64,000 bases of DNA from Psilocybe cubensis (lineage: Eukaryota), in NCBI GenBank assembly GCA_017499595.2, contig CM039006.1, forward strand, positions 2,480,001-2,544,000, in the 5' to 3' direction. The position numbers and the translations under genes were made by a program. The notes beneath the pieces were generated by a model. That model was not told the DNA's origin. It made no database searches and saw nothing but the letters and a program-made list of their open reading frames with translations. Below, one piece after another: positions 10,208 to 23,245 of the stretch (within the stretch, counting starts at the first letter, position 1; the number at the start of each line of letters is the position of its first letter).

Positions 10208-10992
10208 ATGGCCACAGCGACAATGAGCAGCTTCTCTTTCCAACCGTCTACACTCCCAGCTGACAAGTACCGCGGTGCCGTTGTCGAGGTAAGCATCTAC
10301 AAAAAATGAGATTGATTGAATTGTCAATACTCATACCTGCGCACAAACCTCCGATAGGACCTACAACTTCCACCAGCGTTCTCCGTTTCATCCAATGAAG
10401 CCATTTCACGCGCAATTGAACTTGCATACGAGCGAGACTTTTCTCATATCCCGTGCGATTCCCCTTCTTGCAAGGAGGCAGAGTGGAAACTGACTGACAT
10501 CGATGGGATATTGCTGTACAGAGTACTGGACCAGAGTCGCAGACCCCTGGGATACGTGGATGTTGCGAAACTGAAGCAGAAGTGGGAAGCAGGGCAGGCG
10601 AACCCCGTACGTCCCTCCCATTCCATCTCCTCCACATCCCATCCTTAACCGGTTTCAATTCACATATAGGACGACAAAGTCAGCACGTACATGACCAAGT
10701 TCAAACGCACCTCCTCGGAACCATACACCGTTATCACCCCACTCTCGCCGCTCTCCGACCTTGAAGATTTCCTCAAGCGCAATATTTTCGCACTTGGTTA
10801 GTCTCAATGTGCACATTTTCCATGCCCTTTCCGCCTCTCCGGGCGTGGTTTATCTCCTCAATATTTCCTTTCAATCCCTGAGCTTCTTACTGAACCTGTC
10901 ATAATACAGTGACGGATCAAAACCGCAAGTTCGTTCTCGCCGTGGCGACATCTCACGATCTCGACAACTTCGTCTCCCGCCGTGGTCTGTGA
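10208..10992 (+). CDS. Small stand-alone CBS-domain protein (resembles the regulatory CBS pair of cystathionine beta-synthase), 5 exons
   Basis: Spliced reading MATATMSS...DKYRGAVVEDLQLPPAFSVSSNEAISRAIELAYERDFSHIPVLDQSRRPLGYVDV...YTVITPLSPLSDLEDFLKRNIFALVTDQNRKFVLAVATSHDLDNFVSRRGL*; GT-AG introns (first 10289-10357). Missed by the ORF track. Confidence 0.8.
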
Positions 10993-11434
10993 TTCAGAGG
11001 TGGCCATCCCCATATCTCATCCCTATCTCTATGATCTCTGTCGTAGCAGTGGCCTGCTTTCCTGGAATACATATAATCATACAAACTTAGCCATAATCAT
11101 ACCGCATGCTACTCCGGGTGAAGAACTTGAAAGCTTGACGGCTTCCAATATATCATACATCTATCTGCACAAAGTAAAATGAAAATATTCTCATACGTCG
11201 GAGCGAACAACGGCGCATGTCATAAGGAAGACTGCTGCTCAGAAGTGCACCTGCCAAAATCGAAGCTGTTCATGTTCACCACATTGATTGTTCCAAAATT
11301 ATTGCTACTGTTATTGCTACTTGTGTAAGGAGATATGTATAAGGAAACGAAATATTGATAGATATGTAGATAAAATATTGCAATAGATAGTTACGACCGG
11401 TATGCAGCCATTCACAAATACAGGTAGTCGAAAG

Positions 11435-13818
11435 TTATGTCGAAACTGAAAGCGACAGCGGGCGCCACGGTATCAGGTTCTTCCTCACTGCTTTGATAGG
11501 ACCTACAAATAGTAAAATAATAACTTTGATTAGCGTGTTAAAAACTGCGAAATGTAAACCGAGCACCGACCGAAGATGAATACTGGCCCCCAGGCTGCCA
11601 GCAGCAAGGCCACATAGTGCGTCCCAAACGGCGTCGGCTCTGCACGCCGCAATGCTAGGTCGACGATTACCGAGAGGGTGGCAAGCAGTTGTACAAATAT
11701 AAAAAGACTGTATGGGACCAGAGAATTCGGACAAGAGTAAATTACGAGATAATCAGTTCAGAAAATGAACTTGTTATATCACATTAAAACATACATTTGA
11801 AACGAAATAAGCCACCGTATCGCAGGCGCTAGGCTCGGATGCCGTTTCTTTTGCCTCCTCCCACGCATACCTGGCACAAAGAAGTCTAGTCAGAATATCG
11901 TAAATGAATAAAATATTCAAAACACGCACTGCTACTTCCACTGATCGACAAGCACTCCATACCCATTCCTTTGGAAGCATACCGTTCAGCCTCTGTGAAC
12001 GCGTAATAGTCCGTCTCCATCATACCCATGCCTTTCGTCTCTCCTTCGTCCTCCACTGTCCAGTCCCCGCCTGACCCTGAGTCCAATGATTGTACAACTG
12101 CAACCGCCACGCCAGAATCGGCCTCTGCCTGTCTCTTATGCCAACTATTCCGCAACTCTTTGATTTCTTGGTCAGAAGGGTCTGTCATCCGGTGCTGCTG
12201 TATCGAATTTCTTCTATTCGCGTCAGTAACGCCAAGTTGAGTTTGTGTCTGAGCTTGCATCGGAACGGGGGCTGGAGGAGGAATAGGAGCCGCATGCGGA
12301 TTGACAAAGGTAGGGAACGTCACAGAGATATTCGAGCTCGCGTCGTCGTCTTCATCTTCATTGAACTTGTAATCATTCTCCTCCTCCTCTTCGTCATTAT
12401 CGTCCTCCGCGTATTTGTCCCCGCCCTCACGGGGAGCCGTAGTTGACAACTGTGGCGTTACGCGCGACGTTGGCGTGGCGGAGCGCGAGCGCGAGCGACG
12501 TCCGAATGGGAGATGGAATTTCTTCGCAGTGAACGTCGGACTCGAGATAGCAGGTACGATGGCCTCACGGCCACCTTCTACCTGCGTCTTGACGCTCGTC
12601 TTGCCTTTCGCCTTCTTCCCAGCCGAATCTGCATCCCTGGAGACTCCTTGCGACATCGACATGAATTCCACTCGTCTGCTCTTACTCCCGCCAGTAGACG
12701 TACCGCGTTTACCGCCCTTGCGAGCGTTTCCTGCACCCGCGCCGATTCCCCTCCGGCCGCTGTTATTCCTTGACATCGAGCGCTTAAGCTCGTCCACGAG
12801 GCTATCGGGCCGCGCTGCGCGCTGGAGATGCTGGTTCGTCTTGCGGATCTGCAAAATGGAGGTGGTAGAGAGGTAGATCGCGGGTATGGTCATGAGGAGG
12901 GGTACGCCCGCGAAGCCGAACAGGCGAGTCCTGTGTGAATGGCATTTTGTTTGGCGGGTGCGATATGTCCGGATCGGATTAATGAGACGATGCGAGGGTA
13001 GGAAAGATGTTTACCGTCAGCTTTTTTTTCTACGAGCGAAAAGGAAGAGGGGTGGAAGGCGTACCATTGAGGCGACGTCGCATCGCAATGCATGCCATCG
13101 CTAGGCTGTAGTGCGTCGAGTTTTACAACAAGAATTATATGCACTGTCGTGGCGATGGCTGGGAATGCGACCAGAGGGAGCATGTACGAGTTCCGCCATT
13201 GCAGGGCTCTGAATGTCGATTACCATGGGGAAGTAAGACGGGAACAGAATGTCATGAAACAAAATGAATAAGTGGCAGACTGTTTTACAGCAAAGCACGT
13301 ACCGTCTGCCGTCACTCCACGTTTTCGGCTTCAGAACGGCAGCGTAGGTCGCCATTGAGAACGCGATAGCCACGCCTGTGAGTAAGTCCGTCGAAAACGT
13401 TATCAGAATGGATTGAGCTATACATCGCAGCGATTTAATCAGACGTTCAGCCGATAGCGAGTGGATAAGCGCTGGCGTACCCATGCAAAACGATCGCGGC
13501 ATCGCGAAAGGGTCCATCCTGAATATCATGCCTTCACATTCACATAATTTGAGCAATCATTCTCAGCAAAGAAAAATCAGCACTGGGGACGAACCAAGGG
13601 AGAACATTCCTTGCAACATGATGTTCCCCACACAGTATAGCATGGGGCCCCATTTCGACCCTGCGACCCTCCCGAATGCCCACAGAAAAATAGTACAGCA
13701 TACGGCACCTGGAGATAAAGGATTAACGGTCAACTTACAGAAGATCGATGGTGTATATAGTACACGTACCGGTTAGTGAAAGGACACACCACGCGATCTT
13801 CAGCTGGAACGGGAGCAT
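11435..13818 (-). CDS. Multi-pass (7TM, GPCR-like) membrane protein with a very large charged intracellular loop
   Basis: ATG 13818 (MLPFQLKIAWCVLSLTG); several hydrophobic exons; extracellular Cys (PRSFC, MHCDA); long RS/acidic loop in ORF 11886..12893; final helices LATLSVIVDL...PTPFGTHYVALLLAAWGPVFIFG. Confidence 0.7.
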
Positions 13819-15161
13819 GACGAGGCGGTCTACCGTCTATCGTTATCGACCAGCTCTAAGTTTCTGAGTCCTATTGGGTCCCCGCAGCCTACTAATCGTC
13901 GCTGGTGCTCTACAGTCGGCTCCACACAGACTGACCACACACTGCCCAAGTCGCCAGCAGCCAGCGCCTTGAATCCGATGCAACGCCGTAGATGAAAGGA
14001 AGAAAGAAACGAAGAGATTGGAAAAAACGGCCGACGACACCGCAACAGGACAAAGAGTCCAGGGAAAGTGGTGGAGCACAAAATCCCCCCGCTAAAGGCT
14101 TTGCGAATAACGAAAGCCCATGCCTGTATATTTGACCTCCATCAAAAAGCCTTGCACGCGTTTTCGGAGGACCCTGCCGCATTTTTATTACAGATTTCCA
14201 TTTACAGTATGTTTCTCCCCCTGCCACCGCGGACTCCAGAGTACGTTGACTACGAACATAAATGCTTCCGGCCGGCGCGTGTGAGCGCGTTTGATGTAGA
14301 AGCCTGGAGAAAGTCCTCTTTAGGGTCAATGTAATTAAAAATGTTCTCATACAATGCGCATTTGCCCCGAAATGTGAGAATCTAGACACTGACAGGTTAA
14401 TACTGACTCGAATCAAACCCAAGTATAGAGAACAATGGCAATTTGCAAGATATGTAGTTGGTGCCCACGTTCTTCAATACGGTAACCACCATATAGTATT
14501 AGCACAGCTCAATTTTAAATTTCGAGAAAAACGCATGAACGAGGGTCTAGACACAGTCCCCGCTCGTTCTTGTATGTTGATTTACCGCCTCCTTTCGCGA
14601 CATGGCCGCCGAAATATATGTGGTGACCGCGATCGCCATTCAAGCTTCAAAAAAAGTGGAAAATTCGCCGAGGGGAAACAACGTAAGACCTGAAACTGCC
14701 TGTTTGCAAGAATTGGAGGTTTCAACCGACACGACAAGCGGGCCAATTTACGACAATGGTTCCAGAATTGAACATGACGAAGTAAACGTCACTGTATACT
14801 TGGTCAGATTTTAGTGTCAAAGCATGATCCACCAGGAACCGCGCCCGCTTCAGATTTTCGTAATTCGACGGAACGGGAGTTTTAGCTTTATATACCGTTA
14901 TTTATGATGGATTCTTCCAATAAGACCCTTTCTTAGCATAGAAAACGTCAATACTTCGCCAACGCTGCGGCGGTGTTTAGAACGACTACAATGAACTATT
15001 GATGTGCGATATTCAAAAGTCTACATGTCCAAAATGATCTGAGCTTCTGAAGCGCTGAGGGAAAGAAACGATTTTTGGCATCGAACTTCGATTGGATAAC
15101 ATATTTTTACACCGCCAAACACAGACTAGCCTACGAGTTATCAATCATGATAGTTCTTCAT

Positions 15162-17880
15162 TCAGTATAGTCTAACTGCATCAAAAATAATGTTTGGTGA
15201 TCTAGCCGGAATTCGATCGTTAGCAGGGACGCCAACTCGAAACCCTGGATTACTCACAGGAACCCGTCTCCGGAGGAACCCGAGGCGACACTGACGACGA
15301 TCGTGTTTGTCCCGCTTACCAGCGTTCCTGAAGCTGTAGAATGCATTAAGATTTTGTCGGTCTGTGGAGCGTATCTGCTTACGAATGTTGTAGGTGTACA
15401 TAATGTTCTGTAGAAAAAGTGAGCAAAGATAGGTTTGATTCAGAGTACTGAGCATGCTTACATTCCCTCTCCAGGTTCCGCGTGTCACCCCTCTGGAGTC
15501 AGGCTGATTGGGAATTGCCGGAATTGCAGAGTTCCAGCTGTTCACCTGGACAACGGGTCTTCCGCCTAAATGTTATCAGAGAAAGAAACTTTAAGTAGTT
15601 TGGAGTGATTACCAGCAAAGGCATTCGTTGTTCCGATCTGCAATGTCCGGGCGCCAATTTGCGAGGATGAAAGTGAGAAGCGAATGGTGACTGCACCAAC
15701 GGCTTTAAAAATGGCCATGGGGAACGAGTTTGTAGAGCTGCCAACATTGAAAGTTACTGAAATTTTATATGAGCACAAGCCTTGGACGATGAAAATATGT
15801 TTCTCGCCTGGTCCCCAGCTCGACATACGGCTATCGCTTGGGCTATTGAGGTTTAAGTCATCAAGTGTACCTGGGCTAGATAAAAAGAAAAGGCCCTACT
15901 GCATGGTCTCAATTTTGCTATTCAAACGAGTCAGCCCATTTAGTTTTCAGGGCATCTGAACATTAGGATGCTCACTCAGCATTCAAGAACCCTCTGGGAG
16001 TACCATCAAAATCTCCGATTTGCCATATCGCTGTAGGATTCTGTCATCATTCAATCGTATATGAGCGCTGGTTGACAGAGGATTAAACCTCCTACCGCTT
16101 CCTGTGATGCAATATTCGAAGTGACGACGCTTCCAGCGGATACTGACACCGACTGAGTAGCCACCGCATACTCGGATTTGTAGACTTAAAAATGCGTGAG
16201 ACATCAGGAAGAACAGTATCTCAATCAATAGTAGTTACGTGTCATGGTGTATGTTCCCGGCTTCATGTACGGGCTTGTAAACGAGCCAGAAGAGTCAGTA
16301 CGAACCCTAACCATAAAACATGGTCAACAAATAACAATGCGTCGAGTCATCAACACACCAGTATTGAGCAGCACTGTTTGAGAAACCGACGACTTGAAGC
16401 GAAGAGAAGCTTGACGGGATACCAGACGCTTTCCCTGTCACTCGACCGCGCGAGGCCTTGGGTACGAGGCCATTTATTCCCAAACCTTCCCAAAATGTCG
16501 GATCTAGTTACAGCAAGATGTCGCTAAGACTTAGAGTAATTTGCATAGTCTATGGACGAGATAAGACCCACCAATAACCGATGAAGAAGGGGCAGAGCCA
16601 GTTGTAAACCACAAAGCGCTGTGAATCCTGTGAGCCACCGGGGTTTGGGTTCAACGTGACTGAAGAAGAATTGCGTACTAGGGCCCGAACAAGCCGGTGC
16701 GGTACGCTGTACCGTGATGAGAACACAGAAAATAAATCCACGGATATTTAGCGGTAACATACCTTCTGTTTGAGTGTGTCCCGAATTCTATTAAGAAACG
16801 TGATGTAAGAAGGGTATGGCGTTGATGACCCAATATTAACCCACCATGTCTGGATTTCAAGAAGGTGTGAGTCAGAAATCAATGAAAATATCTATCATGT
16901 TCAGCACACTCACAGAAATAAAGTTCCTGTTGATCACCTACAGAATCAATGACATATCAGCAAAGTAAATACGATGGTAATACAACGAACGTTACCAACC
17001 TCCCTGATTATCAATATCCCTGAAGAAAGGCCCTCCAGAGGAGCTCTCATAACCCGTGTCGGTGATGATCATGTATGCACCAATGCCGTTACCAGTGACA
17101 CCATGGACTTGATCGTCGATAAATTGTTTGGAAGAGTAGAACTTGGACCTCGTCTGCCCGTTGACGGTATAAACATCAGTGCCTTCAATGGCAGTTCCAC
17201 CTTTGATGTCAGAGACGGTATAGCCATTGGGAAGATTGGCACGATTGAGGCGCGCGATGTAGCGCAGCTCGCCAACAGAAGGCTCAGCTGTGATGCTGCA
17301 AGGTCATACATTATTAGTTGAAAGGTTTGGATATTTCTTGATTCACATACTATGTCGCCATGTGAATTGCAGGATCTTTGTAACGGGCCACGTAGTAGCT
17401 AAAACATCAGGGTCAGAGTAGTAGAAAATATTAAAGGGTGAGTCGAATATCAAGCCAAACGCACTGGGTCAACGTGCTCGTGGTACACGTTATTTTGATG
17501 TAGTTGTTGCTGTTACCAGTCTGTACAGCGGAGCAGCTTGCGCCAATTCCGGATGAAACCTGACTGTGTTTCCCGCTCTGGTCCTGTGCCTGATAGCATT
17601 CAAAATGATAAAAACCAAAACCTGTTTGTCATTTATGATTGAAAAATACCTCAATGCCATTGAACACCATCGACGTAATATCACCTGTGGTTTTATCAAC
17701 TATGTATCGTGATTTGGGTCAGCTCTATTACTATGCACACTTATTGAGTGTCAAACCTTTGAATACCAGACCTCCACTCGTGTCGACAACCAGAGAGTTT
17801 CCCGATGTGGTCACTCCAAATGCCCATACCGATGTGGCTAAGACAGCAAGCTGCACAGCAAAGCTAAACGCTCGCAACAT
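15162..17880 (-). CDS. Secreted rhamnogalacturonan lyase, polysaccharide lyase family 4 (RhgB/RglA-like), many introns
   Basis: Signal peptide [27 protein letters not shown]; hallmark [45 protein letters not shown]-terminus FDAVRLY*. Confidence 0.9.
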
Positions 17881-18607
17881 TTTGAAATGTGAATTCGGCC
17901 CATGTAGAATTGGAGTCTGAATTTATAGTGACTAAATTAGACTTCTGTGATTTCAACAGGTCGTCAAGGACCTCAGTTTATCCGAGGAACGGACATCCAG
18001 ATGGCTCAAATCCTTCCTGAAATTATCCGTATCCGAGTCTGTACTGATTCTTCGTCATGGGGTACCGTATTGCCATAAAAAAAGAAGCCACCCGTAAATC
18101 AGTGTTGGCGTCATACCATTAATGTTATGGTTTACATACCAGACGTCTGACGTTCAACAATCTTGGGTGAGGCAGCTGAACGGTACGGATGCAGATCAAC
18201 CAAGCAACATATACGGCAACGGGAGAATGGCGGGGTATGAAAACTCCCGAGCGAATGATTTGGAACTCATGTTCAAAAATAAGGTTAATGACACGACAGC
18301 GGTTCCAACGCCCAGTAAAAGGGCAGTCTTATGTTCGCTGCTTAGCGTTGAATTACTTTACTATTTCTGAATTAAGAAATTGAAGTGAAGACTCGCTCGC
18401 CGGTTCGCGGCCGGGTTTCGTCAGAAGACCACCAGAATATGAATACAGACAGTTAGTAATTAAGTTGTTAAAAAATACGCGAAATTCTTTGAGGACCGGA
18501 AACAGAAAAGACCTGTCATCCAGGGAGAGTATTGAGATTGTTCGGGGAAGAAGAGTCCTATGACACTCGCCACTAGGAGGCAAGACTTGGGAACATCAAA
18601 TATTTCC

Positions 18608-21061
18608 CTATGACGCATTGGATGACCCGGAAGTACATTCTTTCTTGTGGCCTTTCCAGTGGGCCTTTTGACACGCAGAGTCGCAGTACCTAGGTAAAAT
18701 GGAACGTTGAAACGATGAAGGTAAGACGAAAATTTTCAGAAAATACCTTGTATTTGAGCAGCCACCGCCTGTACGTTGGACACATGCAAAAGTCATCAGC
18801 AAATTAATGTGAGGAGAGACTCGTCTTACATTTTCGCAACACTGCGGATGGATTTCCGCACCATGAACATCGATAGAGCGTGAGCTTGTTCTCATCAAAA
18901 TGGATTTTGGTTTGAGATGATTGGAAACTTTGAGTCGTTAGCAGGTCGTCGATAGTGTTATCCTCCAGCTTCATGTCTTCCAACCAGGCCGTAAGATTAT
19001 CCTCTGCCCTGCGTTTGGATGTCGTATGTTGAACGTCGAGGCTGTAGAACCTATCGAATTCATTCATGATGTGGGCAAACTGCTTAAAACCAAGAGGATA
19101 GTGTTTAAGGATTGCCTTCTGGGAAAGGCGTAGGTTGCTTTGAGGAGGAGGGGTCCCCATAAGCTCACTGAACTCGTCTGCGATGTGAAGTTTCCGCACG
19201 ATATCCTATTATAAAAGATGTGATCAGGCGGTGAACCGACACGTTCTATGTGGCTACTTACATCCAACTCTTTTAGGCTGGGGTCTATAGCAGGGTTCAC
19301 CAGAATGCTTAAAAGCACGTACCAATACCCCACAGTTTTGATGTGACGCGAATCGGGAGGTGCTTCCTTTATGTACGTCTTGGCATCTTGCAAAGCTGTC
19401 ATGACAAACGCTATAGCTTCTTCCCATTTTCTGTCTCCGCGAGGTGGATTAGTTTGCATCAATTTAATCCCCATATCAGCAGCATGGTCGACAGCCCTTT
19501 GCAAAAGTTGATACTTCACAAACGGTGTCATGCTCTTGCACTTTAAGCCCTTCTTCGACGCACGTAGACCCTGGACATTGTCAGCGGTCAAAGAGAGAGC
19601 GTAATAAAAGTACGATTGCTCGGGATTCCGTTGAATAGCCTTTCTAGCCAGATTCATGACTTTGTCGAGAGCTTGCTTGCCAATGAGATATTTCAGCTCT
19701 AGTATGTCGGCAAGATCCTCCTCCCCCGGGTTCCCCTGGCGCCTTATGGCATTGGCAGTGTGATGAAGCGACTCTCTCCAAGTTGTGAAAGGCAATCCCA
19801 TATCAGCAGCCACAAATTGTCCTGTCCTTTCATCCTGAACTTGGAAGTAGCCATCCATGATTGCGTGTTCAGCCTTGGTGATTAATGCAGCCTGCTTCAG
19901 TGCAAGAGCGCGTAAATCACGTTCTTGGCTATCGGCATAGTCCCTTATCGCCTTCTGTGAGTCGTTTATACACGACAAGGTCACAATTGTATCACAATTC
20001 GTGGGGCCATAGGCCATCATGATACGACTAAGATGCTGGGGAATACCAGAGGTTTGATAGGTTGCCACAAATTTACGCGGATCAAAAGGAACTTCATGCT
20101 CTTGAGCCTCCATCGAAAAGGCACGAACAAAACCGCCAAGGCATATGCAACGAGTTACCCAATCTTTACTTCGTAGTCCAACGGCCAGAAAAGAAAGTGC
20201 AGCAGGGTACGCTTTGAAGGCGTAAGACGCATGGAGGCTGGACGTGGCGATGAGGTGTATGGCGTGCTCCAAAAACGAATGGGATCGAGTGTAGAATCGT
20301 TTGACCGCTTCTAACACACTTTTGATGACAATAGTCATATCAATTGTTTTCAGAATCTTCGGATGGGGGCAATCATCGCCATCAAGTAGAGTGACAGTCG
20401 CATGAGCAAGGATAGCCACTCCCGAAATAGAGACAACCTCATCGTCTGGCAGGTCGTCAATGAGCTTCGCAATGGTATTGGTGTGTCTAGCGACTTCCAG
20501 TCGAACTTCAATGCCTCCGTGGTGTGTAATGGTGTCTAATACGTGCAATGCTAGATGGCGAGTTTCGTCTTCGCGTAAAAGTGGGAGAACCTTGGATAGA
20601 ATATCTGCGAGGGATATTTCGGATCTAGAATCAAACTCGAACAAAAGATAAATACGCACCTTTTGCGAAAACCTTGTTTCTTAGAAGAGAATCCGTGCAC
20701 ATCTTTCCCAATATCCCAACAATAGCACCTCTGACTCTGACGCTGTCCTTGCTGTTGTCGAATAAAGTTTGGAGTCGGTCGTGAATCACATCGAAATCGG
20801 CATAGACTTTTTTAAACCCGTTTCGAGAATTGAGATCTTTTCAAAGCTTTATGTTGTGAAAATTGCATGTGAGAGTTGGAATTTTATCATACCTGGGAGG
20901 TGAAGAAACTCGCAGATTGCACCTATGATAATTGTCCAATCCGCTAGATCCTCCTTTTCTCCTAGCTGAATGCTTTCCAATCCCAAGATGTTTGTCGATT
21001 GACCTGCCGGTGACTGGTTTGATTTCCCTTTGGACTTTCCATGACTACCAGGGCCTGGCAT
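18608..21061 (-). CDS. MYND-type zinc-finger protein, paralog 2
   Basis: ATG 21061 (MPGPGSHGK); ORF 19064..20659 aligns by eye with paralog 1 (GLRSxDWVTRxICLGG, KKGLKCK, PPD); C-terminal CSWC...LRKC-GGC...YCDSACQKAHWKGHKKEC. Confidence 0.88.
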
Positions 21062-21445
21062 AGCGTTGATAAGACTCAGAGAAAGTAACAAAGGGAACTG
21101 ATATCACAGAAGCGTACCAATTTATGCTTTATCTCGGGAATTGCCCCTGCTCGCCAAGCAGCCACCACACCACCGCAAGCACACCATTAAGGATGCTTTC
21201 TGTACAGATTTCTGATATTTGCCATTGGAGACGTCGGATCGGACGCTCTACACAATGTGCGGGAGTCTATCTACGTGGTCACGTGTCTAACGACCAAATC
21301 CCCTTCCATACACCTCTGGAAGAGATACACTTGAAGCTGATGGATACTTTCCGCACAGATTTCTGCCGTTTGTTATACTTCCATGGACCACTGGAAGTGC
21401 TCCTCAATTCTCTTTTTTGCGTCGTTGTTTAATTTTTGCCACCAT

Positions 21446-22129
21446 CATGTCGGGATTTTCCGAATGTAAAACTAACTTGTACGGAAGACTCGTATCTTGC
21501 ACAGATAGTCCAAGTAGAACTCCAAGTAGAAATTTCTCTTACATTTTGAATAAAAGATGAACTTTAAAGTTGTCTTATACATTAAGTACCAGATCAAGGT
21601 GTCAGAATGAACTCCAGTTTGAGTGTAAATCAAACTGTAAGAAATGCTCGTATGTTAACTGGAAGAAAAAATACGAGAAGTTTTTCCAGTTAAACTGGAA
21701 GACACGCTGCAAAATTATTAGTCAGATGATGTAGCGTAATTACCTACCCGATTTAGCTGGAAATCAGTCTTATATTTTGATTTTGGCCCTGATATTAACA
21801 TATAAGATTAATTTCCAGCTAACCCGGGTAGATAATTACGTTACATTACCTGACTAATAACCTTGCAGCGTGTCTTCCAGTTTAACTGGAAAAACTTCTC
21901 GTATTTTTTCTTCCAGTTAACATACGAGCATTTCTTACAGTTTGATTTACACTCAAACTGGAGTTCATTCTGACACCTTGATCTGGTACTTAATGTATAA
22001 GACAACTTTAAAGTTCATCTTTTATTCAAAATGTAAGAGAAATTTCTACTTGGAGTTCTACTTGGACTATCTGTGCAAGATACGAGTCTTCCGTACAAGT
22101 TAGTTTTACATTCGGAAAATCCCGACGTG
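21446..22129. mobile_element. 684-bp foldback MITE, family C (CA[C/T]GTCGGGA termini)
   Basis: Arms 21449-21712 and 21863-22126 read as exact reverse complements; 3-bp TSD CAT at 21443-21445 and 22130-22132. Confidence 0.92.
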
Positions 22130-23245
22130 CATGCGTTCAACTGTTAGCCGACTTTGCCAAGTTAATCGGCAGCCGACGGCATTGAAAATTACCAGCCAAA
22201 ACGCGCTGATTTTCAATCTCAGTTCAACCTAACTTGGCAATATATTTGCACAAATTTTGTCTAATAAACAAGTAAGCGGCTAGTGGACATGAATTTATTT
22301 TCCAAAGGTTGAGGAATAAGTACGAAGCGCTGGAAAATGGGTATAGTAATGGCAAACGTGTTCCCTTCCCTCTTTACTTTGTCCCACTTGGCATGGAATG
22401 CTGTTTTCTATTCCCAACAGTTGCCGACCCGTTCCCGAGTAGATTTAGGCACATCACGTACAGGGAGGTCCGAGTTAGTGCAAATGCACATTTCGGGGAA
22501 GTTCGACGAACGATGGATAGAACCTGATATTTTTTAGATGTTATGTTAGAAATTGCTCTCAGATGGCTGACTGGTTTTTTTTTTTCAATAACGCTGACTC
22601 CCGAGCATCTGAATCTGAATTGGTAGGGGAGATTAAGTATGAATCATTCCAAGGACCGGGGTTTGTTAAAATTACGACATAATCTTCTTTTCAATATAGC
22701 GTACATAGTACTCCCGAACCCCCGATGAGCTCCACAACAGATGCAAATCCTCATACGGAGTGTGGATCTCGAATTGTTGCATTGACATAATAGTTTGAGG
22801 GATGCTACCTTCCAGATCCTAAATCATACCCAAAATGTGCTTAGGACCGTCAAGGAGCAAGAATGAAGCCTTGTAGTACAAATCTTCTGCACGAGAGCCC
22901 TTTCAAGTTCGATCCGCAACCACGGAGCGGAATGTGATTGTATAGATCATGCCCATCTATATTCATATCACGTAACTTTAAATAGTTATACGTAAGTAGA
23001 TTATCCCTTCAGATAAACTTTGATCACGGAGACTGATTTGTATACGCCGTCACCGAGATTCAAGGATTCCTGAGGAATACTAGTCCCTATCACAATTGAT
23101 TGTGATGTAAAAATAAACGGAACGTAGTAATATGTAGCAAGGAAAGGAGCACGTAATGATCCCAGTATAAGTATATCATTTGGGGGCATTTCATGTCATG
23201 ACAAAGAGCGTCCTACCTACCTGATCACCCAGAAGATCCATAATC

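Noticed and set aside
12028-13104. Plus-strand ORFs opposite the 7TM gene (and similar antisense ORFs over the S1/P1 nuclease, RPN1 and zf-PARP genes)
   Set aside because: Shadow frames of GC-rich or low-complexity coding exons, with no independent motifs.
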